Of a DNA stretch of 64,000 nt, positions 19,783 to 30,453 are shown piece after piece. How positions within the stretch are numbered: position 1 is the first letter of the stretch; each line of letters opens with the position of its first letter. The notes below the pieces were generated by a model. The model had not been told where the DNA came from. It ran no database searches and was given only the letters and a program-made list of their open reading frames with translations. Position numbers and translations under genes: made by a program. The stretch comes from an uncultured Clostridia bacterium (GTDB lineage: Bacteria > Bacillota > Clostridia > UBA1381): positions 2,387-66,386 of the forward strand of contig CAJFNT010000048.1 in NCBI GenBank assembly GCA_904395315.1, in the 5' to 3' direction.

Positions 19783-20937
19783 TTATAACTCAAAAACAAT
19801 AATATCTGTAGCTTCACCATCGATGATCCTTACCAAAGCATATGTCATGATATCCACGTCATCCCATGAAATTACATTTCCCTCATCGTCATAATTTCCA
19901 CTTGAGATATAATTTCTCGTTACAGCTCTCGGGCCGTTTCCGGCAAACTCGACCTTATCACCGCGCGAAGATCCGTTTACCGTATATACCATTGCTTCCG
20001 GATTCACATCAATGTCCATTCTGGTTCCGTCTGCATTGGCAAGTGTGAGCGAACTCTGCCCTGCCTCGATCGGCACTCCAAACGCATATAGATATCCGTT
20101 TCTTATATTTCCACCATAAGAAGCCACTCTCCATCCGCTCTGATTTGCCACTACTCCCGAAGCTGAAATAAGCTCCTCGAAATTATTTCCGAAATCGGCT
20201 CCCTCGCCTATATAATCGTCAAAGTCAGGACGGTATATAAGCTCGATACTCCTTATTCTTCCCTGAAGATCGGTCGTAAAATGTATGACATCTCCTTCTT
20301 TAAGCGCTGAAGTCCCAGAACCAGTGATATCAGATACCGCATCCGGAGCGGAAACGATACTTACTGTATCCCTTACATTAACCGTAACCTCATTTCCGGC
20401 ATACAGCATTGTAAGCACATCGTAATATTCACCGTCTATCTCGGTAACGTTAAGACCTGTAACGATGGCGGGAGCATTATTTGCATCATGCTCACTCGGA
20501 TAAGCCGAGGGATATGGTGTGTTCTGCGGAGGCGCTGTTGAAGTAGCCGCAGCTGTTGCTGTGGGCGTAGGCTCCGTGCCTGAAGGCTCTTCAGTAACAC
20601 TCGGCGCCGTTGTCTGCTCCGGCGCAGTATCAGCCTCTATCGTCATATCATATATATTGCCGCCTATATAGCAAATTCTTGCGTCATCATCCTGATATTC
20701 CTTCGGTACATTAAAAATATAAGATGAATTGTCATATTCAGCCATTGTACTGTAAGACAAAACTCCATTATCATAGAATGACAATACAGCTGTATTTGAA
20801 TTTTCATCATTATACTCTGTGTAGACCGTATTTTCCGTTGAATAACCTGTCACAGTATCATCTGCCGCAAATACAGCCGGCACCAACGCAGCCGCCACAG
20901 ATACTGCTGTAACAAACGCAATAAACTTTTTCAACAT
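19783..20937 (-). CDS. Secreted hypothetical protein with Thr/Pro-rich linker
   Basis: ATG 20937 (SD GGGAGAG), signal peptide MLKKFIAFVTAVSVAAALVPAVFA, linker APEQTTAPSVTEEPSGTEPTPTATAAATSTAPP. Confidence 0.6.
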   Translation of the reverse strand: MLKKFIAFVTAVSVAAALVPAVFAADDTVTGYSTENTVYTEYNDENSNTAVLSFYDNGVLSYSTMAEYDNSSYIFNVPKEYQDDDARICYIGGNIYDMTIEADTAPEQTTAPSVTEEPSGTEPTPTATAAATSTAPPQNTPYPSAYPSEHDANNAPAIVTGLNVTEIDGEYYDVLTMLYAGNEVTVNVRDTVSIVSAPDAVSDITGSGTSALKEGDVIHFTTDLQGRIRSIELIYRPDFDDYIGEGADFGNNFEELISASGVVANQSGWRVASYGGNIRNGYLYAFGVPIEAGQSSLTLANADGTRMDIDVNPEAMVYTVNGSSRGDKVEFAGNGPRAVTRNYISSGNYDDEGNVISWDDVDIMTYALVRIIDGEATDIIVFEL

Positions 20938-20971
20938 TCTCTCTCCCTTCGATATTTTAAATCTTAAAACA

Positions 20972-22129
20972 TCATTTTCCTTTATTTCTGGTAAGATAAT
21001 CAAGAGCAAACTGTTTTGCGCATCTTCCGCTTTTTCCGCCGTAATTCATTTCCCATCTTACTGCCTCCTTGCGGATATCTTCTGTCATCTCTACTCCGCC
21101 TCGGGCCAGCAGAACGCGCACTATCTCTATATACTGCTTAGGATCCGGTGCAGGGAAGAACAGGCTTATACCAAATCGTTCCGCAAGGGAAAGCGTCTCC
21201 TGTTTTGTATCATTTACATGCACCTCTCCGCCGTCACGGTCTGCCCAGGTCTCTCTTATGAGGTGGCGTCTGTTGGATGTTGCATAGATCAGCACGTTCC
21301 CGGCCGATGCCTGGATCTGTCCATCCATAGCGATTTTCAGAGCTCGATATTCGGTATCATGACGCTCGAAAGTCAAATCGTCGAGGAACAATATGTATTT
21401 ATGCGGTGAGTCCTCAAGCCGCTTCATAAGCTCCGGTATCTTTGTTATTGCTCTCTTGGGAAGCTCTATAACCCTGAGCCCTTCAGGTGCGAACATATTC
21501 AATAACGCCCTTACCGATGACGATTTTCCGGTACCTCGGTCACCGAACAAAAGCACATTATTAGCAAATTCACCGCAAACGAACGCGCTTGTGTTTTCGA
21601 TCAGGACTTTTTTCTGATGCTCCATGCCTACGATATCATCAAACTGCATCTTGTCTGTATGCTGAACACCTGTAATCTCTCCGTCAAATTTAAATGCTAT
21701 ATACTTTGCCATGATCCCACAGCCAAGCTTTTTATAATGCGCGATAAGTCTGTCAAGCAATTCTCCCGCCGTGCCGGACTCTGTGATCCCTTTTATCGAT
21801 TCCGTATATGCGCTGTAATATCCCGTATCGTTGCCTGAAGGCTTATACTTTATCTTTGTATTGAAGAGCCTCTTATATATCATCTCTATATCAAGCGACG
21901 CAAGACGGTAAAGGTCCTTCCCTATTTTCTTACCCGATTTTGCAAGTTTTGAAAGGACATTATCATCATTCGCCAGCATAGAGGCGATATACTCACGCAG
22001 ACTGTTATCCGTCACTCCCTCAAGCTCCGCAAATTTTATGATCCCGCGCAGAAGCGCAGTATTATCTTTTTCGAGAACCGCCTTTACAGTCTCATCGTTT
22101 TCTATATTTTGAAAAATGAATAGATCCAC
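20972..22129 (-). CDS. DUF815-type AAA+ ATP-binding protein
   Basis: Walker A LLFGDRGTGKSS, Walker B ILFLDDL. GTG start with SD GGGGAG. Confidence 0.7.
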   Translation of the reverse strand: MDLFIFQNIENDETVKAVLEKDNTALLRGIIKFAELEGVTDNSLREYIASMLANDDNVLSKLAKSGKKIGKDLYRLASLDIEMIYKRLFNTKIKYKPSGNDTGYYSAYTESIKGITESGTAGELLDRLIAHYKKLGCGIMAKYIAFKFDGEITGVQHTDKMQFDDIVGMEHQKKVLIENTSAFVCGEFANNVLLFGDRGTGKSSSVRALLNMFAPEGLRVIELPKRAITKIPELMKRLEDSPHKYILFLDDLTFERHDTEYRALKIAMDGQIQASAGNVLIYATSNRRHLIRETWADRDGGEVHVNDTKQETLSLAERFGISLFFPAPDPKQYIEIVRVLLARGGVEMTEDIRKEAVRWEMNYGGKSGRCAKQFALDYLTRNKGK

Positions 22130-22332
22130 TTTGTTAACACTCCCCTATCAGCTGCCTTGCTTTATATATGTATTTATCATATACGTGTTCATTATATCAT
22201 ATTTGTTACAAAAATGCAACACGATTATTACAGAATTCAAATATTACCCGTTTTTTATTCTTAATTTAATATATTTGTATCTCTATTTCTTTTATTTTTC
22301 TGTTATTTTACCGAAAATATCGGTAAAATATA

Positions 22333-22361
22333 TTGATTCTCCAGCAAAATTAGATTATAAT
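22333..22361 (+). promoter_or_regulatory. Sigma-A promoter of araD
   Basis: TTGATT, 17 nt, TATAAT. Confidence 0.5.
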
Positions 22362-22437
22362 GTTTTCATAGGGAAGACCATCTTCCATGCTATATTCATA
22401 ATCCGGACAACACTCCGGTAGAAAGGAATTTCATATT

Positions 22438-23130
22438 ATGTTAGAAGAATTGAAAAAACAGGTGTACGAAGCGAACATGGATCTGCCAAGATATGGGCTT
22501 GTCACATTCACTTGGGGCAATGTTTCCGGCATAGACCGCGAAAAAGGACTTTTCGTAATAAAGCCTTCCGGAGTCGAATACGATCTTTTAAAACCGGAAG
22601 ATATGGTGGTAATGGATCTTGACGGAAATAAAGTAGAGGGCGATTATAATCCTTCTTCAGATACTCCGACACACCTCGAGCTATACAAGGCATTCCCCGA
22701 ATGCGGCGGTATCGTCCATACACATTCGCCATGGGCAACCTCGTTTGCACAGGCATGCAAGGGGATCCCTCCGTTCGGAACAACACACGCTGACTACTTC
22801 TACGGTGAGATCCCCGCAACACGTCTCATGACTGCTGAAGAGATACACGGAGAATATGAGAAAAACACCGGTCTTGTGATAATAGAAACATTCAAAGACA
22901 AGGATCCCGTAGCGGTCCCCGGCGTGCTTGTTTCCAACCACGGACCGTTTGCATGGGGCGCCGATGCTCACAATGCTGTACATAACGCTGTTGTTATGGA
23001 GGAATGCGCAAAAATGGCGCTCAGATGCATGCAGCTCTCACCAGGGCTTCCTCCTATATCGCAGGCAATACTCGACAAACATTATTTACGCAAGCACGGA
23101 GCAAACGCTTATTACGGACAAAAAAAATAA
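22438..23130 (+). CDS. araD: L-ribulose-5-phosphate 4-epimerase
   Basis: Near-colinear with E. coli AraD from memory ([68 protein letters not shown]). Confidence 0.9.
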   Translation: MLEELKKQVYEANMDLPRYGLVTFTWGNVSGIDREKGLFVIKPSGVEYDLLKPEDMVVMDLDGNKVEGDYNPSSDTPTHLELYKAFPECGGIVHTHSPWATSFAQACKGIPPFGTTHADYFYGEIPATRLMTAEEIHGEYEKNTGLVIIETFKDKDPVAVPGVLVSNHGPFAWGADAHNAVHNAVVMEECAKMALRCMQLSPGLPPISQAILDKHYLRKHGANAYYGQKK

Positions 23131-23150
23131 CAAGATCTCTCCGATCACAA

Positions 23151-23175
23151 AAAGGACCTGCAAAAGGTCCTTTTT
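23151..23175. terminator. Bidirectional terminator (araD / trkA)
   Basis: AAAGGACC-tgcaaaa-GGTCCTTT followed by TT. Confidence 0.7.
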
Positions 23176-23191
23176 GTAAATATATATTTCA

Positions 23192-23839
23192 TTATATATG
23201 AAGGCATTTCTGGATATCGCTGTTTTTTCCGAGAACAAGTATAGTTTCGTCTTCGGTTATCCGCGTATCTGGTGTTATACTCAGATCAAGTTTGCCGTCA
23301 CGTTTCATACCCATTATATTTATACTGTATTTTTTTCTTATGTCAAGTTTTCCGACCGTTTTTCCTATCCAAGATTTAGGTGGCGATATTTCAAATATCG
23401 CATTATCATCATCTATCGCAACATAATCAAGTATGTGATCCGAACTATACCGTATCGCAGTCCACTTTGCAAGCTGTCTTTCAGGATAAACCACTTCATC
23501 TGCACCATTTCTGCGCAAAAACTTTGCATGAACATCGCTTGATGCACGCGCTACTACCAGCTTAGCTCCAAGCTCCTGCAAAAGCGCCGTCGTCTCCAAA
23601 GAGCTTTGAAAATTATCGCCTATAGCAACTATACATAGATCAAAATTTCTAATGCCAAGCGATTCCAGAAATTCCTCATTCGTACTGTCACCTATCTGAG
23701 CGTTTGTAACATACGGAAGAACATCATTAACACGCTCCTCATTTATATCTATAGCCATTACCTGATGATTTAGCTCTGCCAGCTTCATAGCAGTGTGCTT
23801 CCCAAATCGTCCCAGGCCGATCAATAAAACTGATTTCAT
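23192..23839 (-). CDS. trkA: Trk/Ktr K+ uptake system, NAD-binding peripheral subunit
   Basis: Rossmann GLGRFG motif plus a C-terminal RCK_C domain. ATG 23839 with SD AGGAGGAG. Confidence 0.85.
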   Translation of the reverse strand: MKSVLLIGLGRFGKHTAMKLAELNHQVMAIDINEERVNDVLPYVTNAQIGDSTNEEFLESLGIRNFDLCIVAIGDNFQSSLETTALLQELGAKLVVARASSDVHAKFLRRNGADEVVYPERQLAKWTAIRYSSDHILDYVAIDDDNAIFEISPPKSWIGKTVGKLDIRKKYSINIMGMKRDGKLDLSITPDTRITEDETILVLGKNSDIQKCLHI

Positions 23840-23903
23840 AATATAACTCCTCCTGTTATAAGAAAAATACTCAATATCACCACATTGCAACGTTCCATCG
23901 ATG

Positions 23904-25247
23904 TCATCCAACCGTTATTTTTTCCTGCGGCAACTTTGAGAGCCCGTGTTTATTTACATTCCATGCGGCAAAGATCAATGTGAGACCGCCAACTCTTCCG
24001 AATATCATAAGCGATATAAGTATAAGATGTGAGATCACTCCCATGTTAGGAGTCGCTCCGAGCGAAAGTCCAACGGTACCCACAGCGGACGCCGTTTCAA
24101 AAAACGCCGTCATTACAGGTATGCCCTCGACACAGCTTATTATTATACCGCCTGTAAGGCATAAAACTATATACATAAGGAATATAGCGGCAGCCTGATA
24201 TACTGCCTCACCAGCTATACGGCGACCATAGAGTTGAGCATCGTCATTTCTTCTGAAAACAGCAATAGCTGTCATTATAAGAACCGCAATGGTCGTTGTT
24301 TTCATACCTCCCGCAGTTGACCCCGGAGAACCTCCAATAAGCATTAGAAGTATAGTCAAGACCTGACTCGGCTCGCTCAAGACCGTAAGATCCACAGTAT
24401 TAAACCCAGCAGTTCTCGGTGTTACCGATTGAAAAAAAGATCGCAGAAGCCTTTCTCCTATGCCAAGATCCCCCCATTCGGGTCTCGAAAATTCATAGAA
24501 AAAGAAAAATACCGCAGGTATCACGATCAATGCGCCTGTTACAGTAAATATCACTTTACTCTGCATTCGATATTTTCTAATATGGATACCGTGTGTTTTT
24601 ATATCATCCCATGTAAGAAATCCGATACCGCCTATAACTATAAGCGCCATTATAGTAATATTTATTACAGCATTAGACGCATACATTGTCAATGAGGAAT
24701 ACTCTACCTCTGTACCCATTATATCAAAACCGGCATTGCAAAATGCTGATACCGAATGGAACACAGCATACCATATCCCCTTTAAAGGACCGATATCTCT
24801 CGCAAATACAGGATACATAACCAACGCGCCTATAAATTCTATTATAAACACGCCTTTGATTATAAAGCTCGTGAGACGTACTATTCCCGATACCTTAGGC
24901 GCAGATATAGCCTCCTGCATCGTGCTGCGCTGCATGAGCCCTATTTTTCGTCCTGCAAACATGGCTATCGCTACCGCAAGAGTAACAACGCCCATCCCGC
25001 CTATCTGTATAAGAATTATTACAACGGCTTGTCCAAAATAAGACCAGTATGTAGCAGTATTCTGTACAACCAGTCCAGTTACACATACGGACGAGGTCGC
25101 AGTAAACAACGCGTCGATAAATGAGGCTCCCTCTCTGTCCTGGGTAGAGATCGGAAGCATTAAAAGCAACGTACCGATCGCTATTACAAGTAAGAATCCA
25201 AGAAGGATTATCCTTGATGAAGACATATGCTTATGTTTCAGCTTCAT
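23904..25247 (-). CDS. trkH: Trk/Ktr K+ transporter membrane subunit
   Basis: 447 aa polytopic protein with repeated MPM selectivity-filter-like GG/TAG motifs (IGGMG, NAGF, RTAGF, GSTAGG). Confidence 0.85.
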   Translation of the reverse strand: MKLKHKHMSSSRIILLGFLLVIAIGTLLLMLPISTQDREGASFIDALFTATSSVCVTGLVVQNTATYWSYFGQAVVIILIQIGGMGVVTLAVAIAMFAGRKIGLMQRSTMQEAISAPKVSGIVRLTSFIIKGVFIIEFIGALVMYPVFARDIGPLKGIWYAVFHSVSAFCNAGFDIMGTEVEYSSLTMYASNAVINITIMALIVIGGIGFLTWDDIKTHGIHIRKYRMQSKVIFTVTGALIVIPAVFFFFYEFSRPEWGDLGIGERLLRSFFQSVTPRTAGFNTVDLTVLSEPSQVLTILLMLIGGSPGSTAGGMKTTTIAVLIMTAIAVFRRNDDAQLYGRRIAGEAVYQAAAIFLMYIVLCLTGGIIISCVEGIPVMTAFFETASAVGTVGLSLGATPNMGVISHLILISLMIFGRVGGLTLIFAAWNVNKHGLSKLPQEKITVG

Positions 25248-25283
25248 GTTCCGTTAATTCCTTTCACAAACCAATCATCGGCA

Positions 25284-25313
25284 AACCGCGGCGGCGACAT
25301 ACACCGCCGCGGT
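25284..25313 (-). terminator. GC-rich hairpin after the P-type ATPase gene
   Basis: AACCGCGGCGG-...-CCGCCGCGGTT. The U-tract is weak. Confidence 0.45.
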
Positions 25314-25325
25314 TCGGCTTATGAC

Positions 25326-27965
25326 TTACTTTTTGAAAAGCGACCTTATCGCCTTGAGTATCTGTATAACTATGAACACAGCCACTGCCAGACCATAGAT
25401 CGTAAGAAGCTCAAATGCACCGATAGACGCAACCTGGAATATTCCCTGGAGTCCCGGAATAAGCAGTACAGCGTTTAAGAGAACAAACCCTATAAGGAAC
25501 GCGCCTATAAGGCTCCTGTTGTTCCACATCTGCTTCTTAAAGATAACCGGTCTGCCCGATTTACAGTTAAAACCATGAACAAGTCTTGAGAGACACAGCG
25601 TTGCAAACGCCATAGTACTTGCCATCTCTGCGCCGCCTCTGTTCAATCCAATATAGAATGCGATAAGCGTTGCTATACCTATAACCACACCTTCGACAAC
25701 TATATTCGTCATTACAAGCTTCGTCAAGATCGACTGATTCTTGTCTCTCGGTTTTTCACGCATAACATCACCGGAATACGGCTCCATACCCAACGCTATT
25801 GCCGGCAGACTGTCTGTGAGAAGATTTATAAAGAGCAGGTGCACCGCTGCAAACGGGACAGGAAGATTTCCCGGCGCCAAAGCAGCGTAAAGCACAGCGA
25901 GTATCGCAGCCGCATTACCTGAAAGCAGGAACTGTATAGAACGCTGGATATTCTTGTAGATATTTCTTCCATTCTCTACAGCCTTTACTATCGTAGCAAA
26001 ATTGTCATCGGTAAGAACCATAGACGCCGCATCCTTTGCGACCTCGCTGCCGGTGATACCCATTGCAACACCTATGTCCGCCTGCTTCAGTGCCGGAGCG
26101 TCGTTTACACCGTCACCCGTCATGGAGACAATATACCCCTTTCTCTGCCATGCGCTTACTATACGTATCTTGTGCTCAGGCGAAACTCGAGCGTATACCG
26201 CAACATCCGTTACGAATTCCTCAAGCTCCTTATCCGAAAGATTCTCTATCGCGCTGCCCTCAACAGCTCTGCGCTTATCGTCAAGTATACCTATTTTTCT
26301 CGCTATAGCCGATGCCGTCACAAGATGATCTCCGGTTATCATAATAGGCATGATACCCGCCATCTTACACTTCGCTACAGCTTCAGCGCTCTCTTCTCTT
26401 GGCGGATCCTGCATAGCGACGAGTCCGAGCAGGATATAATCCTTCTCGTCATCTGTCGTTATATCAACACTCGACACATCCTTTTCACATACGGCAAGCA
26501 CACGCAGTCCCATCTCTGAGAACTCTGTATTTACTCGTCTTAATTCATCAAGATCTTCCTTTGTAAATGCTCTCTTGCCGTCCATCGTCTTGACCTCAAG
26601 GATCATCGAAGCCAAAACATCGACCGCTCCCTTTGTAAGCATCTTATAATTCGGACCTATCTTATGCACCGTGCTCATAAGCTTTCTGTCAGAGTCAAAT
26701 GGTATCTCACCCAGACGCGGATATTGCTCACGCACCTCCTCACACGGAAGATCATGCTTCTTTGAAAAATCTATAAGAGCTATCTCTGTCGGGTCACCTA
26801 TCTCTTTTCCGTCCTTACGCACCGAATCGTTACAAAGCGCGCCATCAATTATGAGCTGCGCCTGACGCTCATTTATCTCTTCATCCTTGTCGATTATCTT
26901 GCCGTCAAAGTATATCTTCTGAACAGTCATTTTGTTCTGCGTGAGAGTTCCTGTCTTATCCGAACAGATTATCGAAACACTGCCCAGCCCTTCAACAGAC
27001 TGCAGCTTCCGTATGATCGCATTTTCCTTGGCAAGCTTCTGCGTTCCTATAGACAAAACTATAGTTACGATCGAACTCAAGGCCTCCGGTATCGCTGCGA
27101 CAGCAAGCGCGACAGCGAATACAAACGCATCCGAGAACAGTTTTATATCAAAACCGCCGCCGGCAAACAGCGCAGTCCGCTCTCTGAACAACTCGATACC
27201 CATAACTATCACACATATGATAATAATGATAAAAGACAACTTCTTTCCGAAATTATCAAGGCTGACCTGCAACGGGGTCTTCTTTTCCTGTGTATTTTTA
27301 AGAAGAGTAGCGATCTTTCCGATCTCGGTATTCATTCCCGTTGATGTCACTACCATCTTAGCTCGACCGTATGTCGCAAAACTTCCGGAATAAAGCATGT
27401 TTACTCTGTCGCCGAGCGGCTTATCACCCTCAAGCACAACATCCTGCTTTTCAACAGGCTCACTCTCTCCCGTTAAAGCGCTCTCATCTGCCTTAAGCGA
27501 TGCATTCTCAATTATTCGTCCATCGGCACAGACATAGTCTCCGGCTTCGACAACGACAACATCTCCGACAGCTACTTCTTTGCCGGGTATTACTTTGATC
27601 TCCCCGTCACGTATTACTTTCGCTTCCGGCGCTGACATCTCTTTCAAGCTGTCAAGTGACTGTTCCGCCTTTATGTGTTGAACGGTACCCAATATCGCAT
27701 TGATCGTTATAACTACAAAAATTACGATCGCGCTTTCTATATCTCCCAGTATACCTGAGATTATGGCGGCAATTATAAGTATAATTACCAGAAAATCCTT
27801 GTACTGTTCCAAAAACAGCATAACAGGATTTTTCTTTTTTCCCTCGGAAAGCTCGTTTTTGCCGTACCTGCGAAGATTTTCTGCCGCCTGCTGCGACGAC
27901 AATCCATTTTCGCCCGTTTTCAGCTCGTTCATAACGGATTCCTTAGTCATTTGAAACGGATTCAT
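25326..27965 (-). CDS. P2-type cation-transporting ATPase (Ca2+/Mn2+ exporter-like)
   Basis: LTGESEPV, CSDKTGTLTQNKMT, MITGDH, TGDGVNDAPALK. About 10 TM helices. SD AAGGAGAGG. Confidence 0.9.
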   Translation of the reverse strand: MNPFQMTKESVMNELKTGENGLSSQQAAENLRRYGKNELSEGKKKNPVMLFLEQYKDFLVIILIIAAIISGILGDIESAIVIFVVITINAILGTVQHIKAEQSLDSLKEMSAPEAKVIRDGEIKVIPGKEVAVGDVVVVEAGDYVCADGRIIENASLKADESALTGESEPVEKQDVVLEGDKPLGDRVNMLYSGSFATYGRAKMVVTSTGMNTEIGKIATLLKNTQEKKTPLQVSLDNFGKKLSFIIIIICVIVMGIELFRERTALFAGGGFDIKLFSDAFVFAVALAVAAIPEALSSIVTIVLSIGTQKLAKENAIIRKLQSVEGLGSVSIICSDKTGTLTQNKMTVQKIYFDGKIIDKDEEINERQAQLIIDGALCNDSVRKDGKEIGDPTEIALIDFSKKHDLPCEEVREQYPRLGEIPFDSDRKLMSTVHKIGPNYKMLTKGAVDVLASMILEVKTMDGKRAFTKEDLDELRRVNTEFSEMGLRVLAVCEKDVSSVDITTDDEKDYILLGLVAMQDPPREESAEAVAKCKMAGIMPIMITGDHLVTASAIARKIGILDDKRRAVEGSAIENLSDKELEEFVTDVAVYARVSPEHKIRIVSAWQRKGYIVSMTGDGVNDAPALKQADIGVAMGITGSEVAKDAASMVLTDDNFATIVKAVENGRNIYKNIQRSIQFLLSGNAAAILAVLYAALAPGNLPVPFAAVHLLFINLLTDSLPAIALGMEPYSGDVMREKPRDKNQSILTKLVMTNIVVEGVVIGIATLIAFYIGLNRGGAEMASTMAFATLCLSRLVHGFNCKSGRPVIFKKQMWNNRSLIGAFLIGFVLLNAVLLIPGLQGIFQVASIGAFELLTIYGLAVAVFIVIQILKAIRSLFKK

Positions 27966-28057
27966 ACAATAACCTCTCCTTGTTTGTTTTTTCAGGTGTT
28001 CGCCTGTCTTGTTTTTACGGCGCCGCTGCGCGCTCCCTTTTCCGCACCGTTTTCATA

Positions 28058-28118
28058 ACAAAAAAGAAGCAACACTTTTACAGCAGCACAATACCTGCAA
28101 TAAAAGTCTTGCTTCTCA
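28058..28118 (-). terminator. Riboswitch expression-platform terminator
   Basis: Minus strand AGAAGCAAGAC...GUGUUGCUUCU long hairpin followed by U6. Its 5' arm is the conserved 3' segment of the aptamer. Confidence 0.7.
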
Positions 28119-28193
28119 GAATACGGCACGGATCAAAAGATCGTACTGTCGACACCATATTACACCTTTAGGTGCAAGCTACTCCCCTTTATT
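28098..28193 (-). promoter_or_regulatory. yybP-ykoY (Mn2+) riboswitch aptamer
   Basis: Minus strand AUAAAGGGGAGUAGC...CACC-uaaa-GGUG...GUCGACAGUACGAUC-uuuu-GAUCCGUGC...AGAAGCAAGACUUUU. It shares the GGGGAGUAGC, (U/C)GACA and AGCAAGAC..CUUU signature blocks of the L. lactis and B. subtilis Mn2+ riboswitches. Confidence 0.75.
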
Positions 28194-28199
28194 AATATA

Positions 28200-28228
28200 A
28201 TATTAACATATCTTTTTACTTGTGTCAA
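28200..28228 (-). promoter_or_regulatory. Sigma-A promoter of the riboswitch-ATPase transcript
   Basis: TTGACA (28223-28228), 17 nt, TAATAT (28200-28205). The predicted transcription start falls at the first nucleotides of the aptamer. Confidence 0.6.
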
Positions 28229-28300
28229 GATATATTTTTAAATTTTTTTACGGAGCCGCAAGAGATATTCTCCCTGTCCGACCCCGTAACTTATATATCT

Positions 28301-29131
28301 TTATTCAAGCCCCTCGAGCATATCCGCCATCGGATCCAATTGAGCAAGCTTTGTGCCCTCTGCAAGACCTTTATCTGCATTTGCAGCGATCTCCGGCTTT
28401 ATCGGAAGTTTTGATATCGTTCCGATATTATGCTTTGCGGCGATCTCCTCAATATTGCTCTCACCGAATATATTATGCCGCTTACCGCAGTCTGGGCATT
28501 CGAAATACGACATATTCTCTACTATACCGAGCACAGGGATATTCATCATATCAGCCATGTTTACAGCTTTCTCCACTATCATACCAACAAGCTCCTGTGG
28601 AGAAGTCACAACGATTATGCCGTCTACCGGTAAAGACTGGAATACCGTGAGTGGAACATCTCCTGTTCCCGGAGGCATATCGACAAACATATAATCTATA
28701 TCTCCCCATACAACATCTTGCCAGAACTGTGTTACCACACCGGATATCACCGGCCCGCGCCAAAGTACCGGTGTTGTCTCGCTCTCAAGTAAAAAATTAA
28801 CCGACATGAGCTTTATGCCGCTTTCAGTCTCCACAGGGAATATACCCATATCATTTGCCATAGCCCTGTCTGTTTTTCCGAACATTTTTGGTATTGATGG
28901 ACCGGTAACATCCGCATCAAGCACAGCCGTCTTCTTCCCTCTTCTCTGCATGAGCACAGCCATAAGTGAAGTGACAAGTGATTTTCCAACACCGCCCTTG
29001 CCGCTTACGACAGCGATAACCTTCTTTACATTTGACAGCGCATTGCCGTCAACAAGCATACTCCCCTGCTCCGCGCGCTCTGAACAAGCCTCTCCGCATG
29101 AGGAGCAGTCATGATTGCATCCTTCAGCCAT
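28301..29131 (-). CDS. Mrp/NBP35/ApbC-family Fe-S cluster carrier ATPase
   Basis: Deviant Walker A VVSGKGGVGKS, CPDCG motif, N-terminal Cys-rich segment CNHDCSSCGEAC. ATG 29131 (SD GAAAGGAAA). Confidence 0.85.
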   Translation of the reverse strand: MAEGCNHDCSSCGEACSERAEQGSMLVDGNALSNVKKVIAVVSGKGGVGKSLVTSLMAVLMQRRGKKTAVLDADVTGPSIPKMFGKTDRAMANDMGIFPVETESGIKLMSVNFLLESETTPVLWRGPVISGVVTQFWQDVVWGDIDYMFVDMPPGTGDVPLTVFQSLPVDGIIVVTSPQELVGMIVEKAVNMADMMNIPVLGIVENMSYFECPDCGKRHNIFGESNIEEIAAKHNIGTISKLPIKPEIAANADKGLAEGTKLAQLDPMADMLEGLE

Positions 29132-29200
29132 TTTTGATTTTCCTTTCACATAAATATTTCGTAGTTCCTTGTTGCCGTACCGATCCTTCGGCACAGCATA

Positions 29201-29239
29201 AAAAGCAGGCGGAATACCCTCTAAGACGTATATTCCGCC
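29201..29239 (-). terminator. Intrinsic terminator of metK
   Basis: Minus strand GGCGGAAT-...-ATTCCGCC followed by TGCTTTTT. Confidence 0.7.
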
Positions 29240-29259
29240 CGAACATCACAGTTATCTGT

Positions 29260-30453
29260 TTAATCCATAATTCCGACAGCCTTTCTGAGTTCATCGACCA
29301 TATCCGTCTTTTCCCATAGCACACCCAGATCCTCGCGTCCCATATGACCGTAAGCCGCAAGCTTTCTGTATATCGGTTTCCTAAGATCAAGTCTGTTTAT
29401 TATTGCATAAGGTCTAAGATCGAACACACTTTCCACAGCCGCCTCTATCTTATCCTCATCAACCTTGTTTGTCCCAAAAGTGTCCACCATGATCGATACC
29501 GGATGAGCAACACCTATAGCGTACGCCAACTGTACCTCACATTTGGATGCAAGACCAGCGGCAACTATATTTTTTGCGACCCATCTTGCCGCATACGCCG
29601 CGCTCCTGTCAACCTTTGTAGGATCCTTTCCGCTGAATGCTCCGCCGCCGTGACGAGCGTATCCGCCATAAGTATCAACTATTATCTTTCGTCCCGTAAG
29701 ACCGCTGTCTCCGGCAGGTCCTCCAACAACGAATCTTCCGGTCGGATTTATATATATCTTCGTATCATTATCAACAAGATGCGCAGGCAACGTGGGCATT
29801 ATGACCTCACGCTTTATATCCTCACGCAGTTTCTCTATAGCAACATTCGGCGAATGCTGGCTTGAAACCACCACCGCCTCTATTCTTGAAGGCTTGCCGT
29901 CGTCATACTCAACGGTCACCTGTGTTTTTCCATCAGGTCTAAGATAATCAAGAGTTCCATCCTTGCGAACCTCTGTAAGCTTTTTGGCCATCTTATGCGC
30001 AAGATGTATTGGCATAGGCATATACTCCGGTGTCTCGTCACATGCATAGCCAAACATCATTCCCTGATCACCCGCTCCAGTAGAATTGAGACTGTCATCC
30101 TCTCCTCCTTCACGGTTTTCATATCCGGAATTTACTCCCTGAGCTATATCGGGAGACTGCTCATCTATAGCCGTTACAACTGCGCATGTAGTCCCGTCAA
30201 AGCCGTATTTAGCTCTGTCATAACCTATATCGAGCACAACACCTCTCGCTATTTTCGGGAAATCCACATAGCAATTAGTGGTAATCTCGCCCATTATAGA
30301 TATTATACCGGTGGTACAAGTGGTCTCACACGCCACACGCGCCATCGGATCATGTTTAATTATTTCATCAAGTATTGCATCGGATATCTGGTCACATATT
30401 TTATCGGGATGTCCCTCAGTGACTGATTCAGATGTGAATAATCTTTTGCTCAT
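29260..30453 (-). CDS. metK: S-adenosylmethionine synthetase
   Basis: [51 protein letters not shown]. Confidence 0.95.
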   Translation of the reverse strand: MSKRLFTSESVTEGHPDKICDQISDAILDEIIKHDPMARVACETTCTTGIISIMGEITTNCYVDFPKIARGVVLDIGYDRAKYGFDGTTCAVVTAIDEQSPDIAQGVNSGYENREGGEDDSLNSTGAGDQGMMFGYACDETPEYMPMPIHLAHKMAKKLTEVRKDGTLDYLRPDGKTQVTVEYDDGKPSRIEAVVVSSQHSPNVAIEKLREDIKREVIMPTLPAHLVDNDTKIYINPTGRFVVGGPAGDSGLTGRKIIVDTYGGYARHGGGAFSGKDPTKVDRSAAYAARWVAKNIVAAGLASKCEVQLAYAIGVAHPVSIMVDTFGTNKVDEDKIEAAVESVFDLRPYAIINRLDLRKPIYRKLAAYGHMGREDLGVLWEKTDMVDELRKAVGIMD

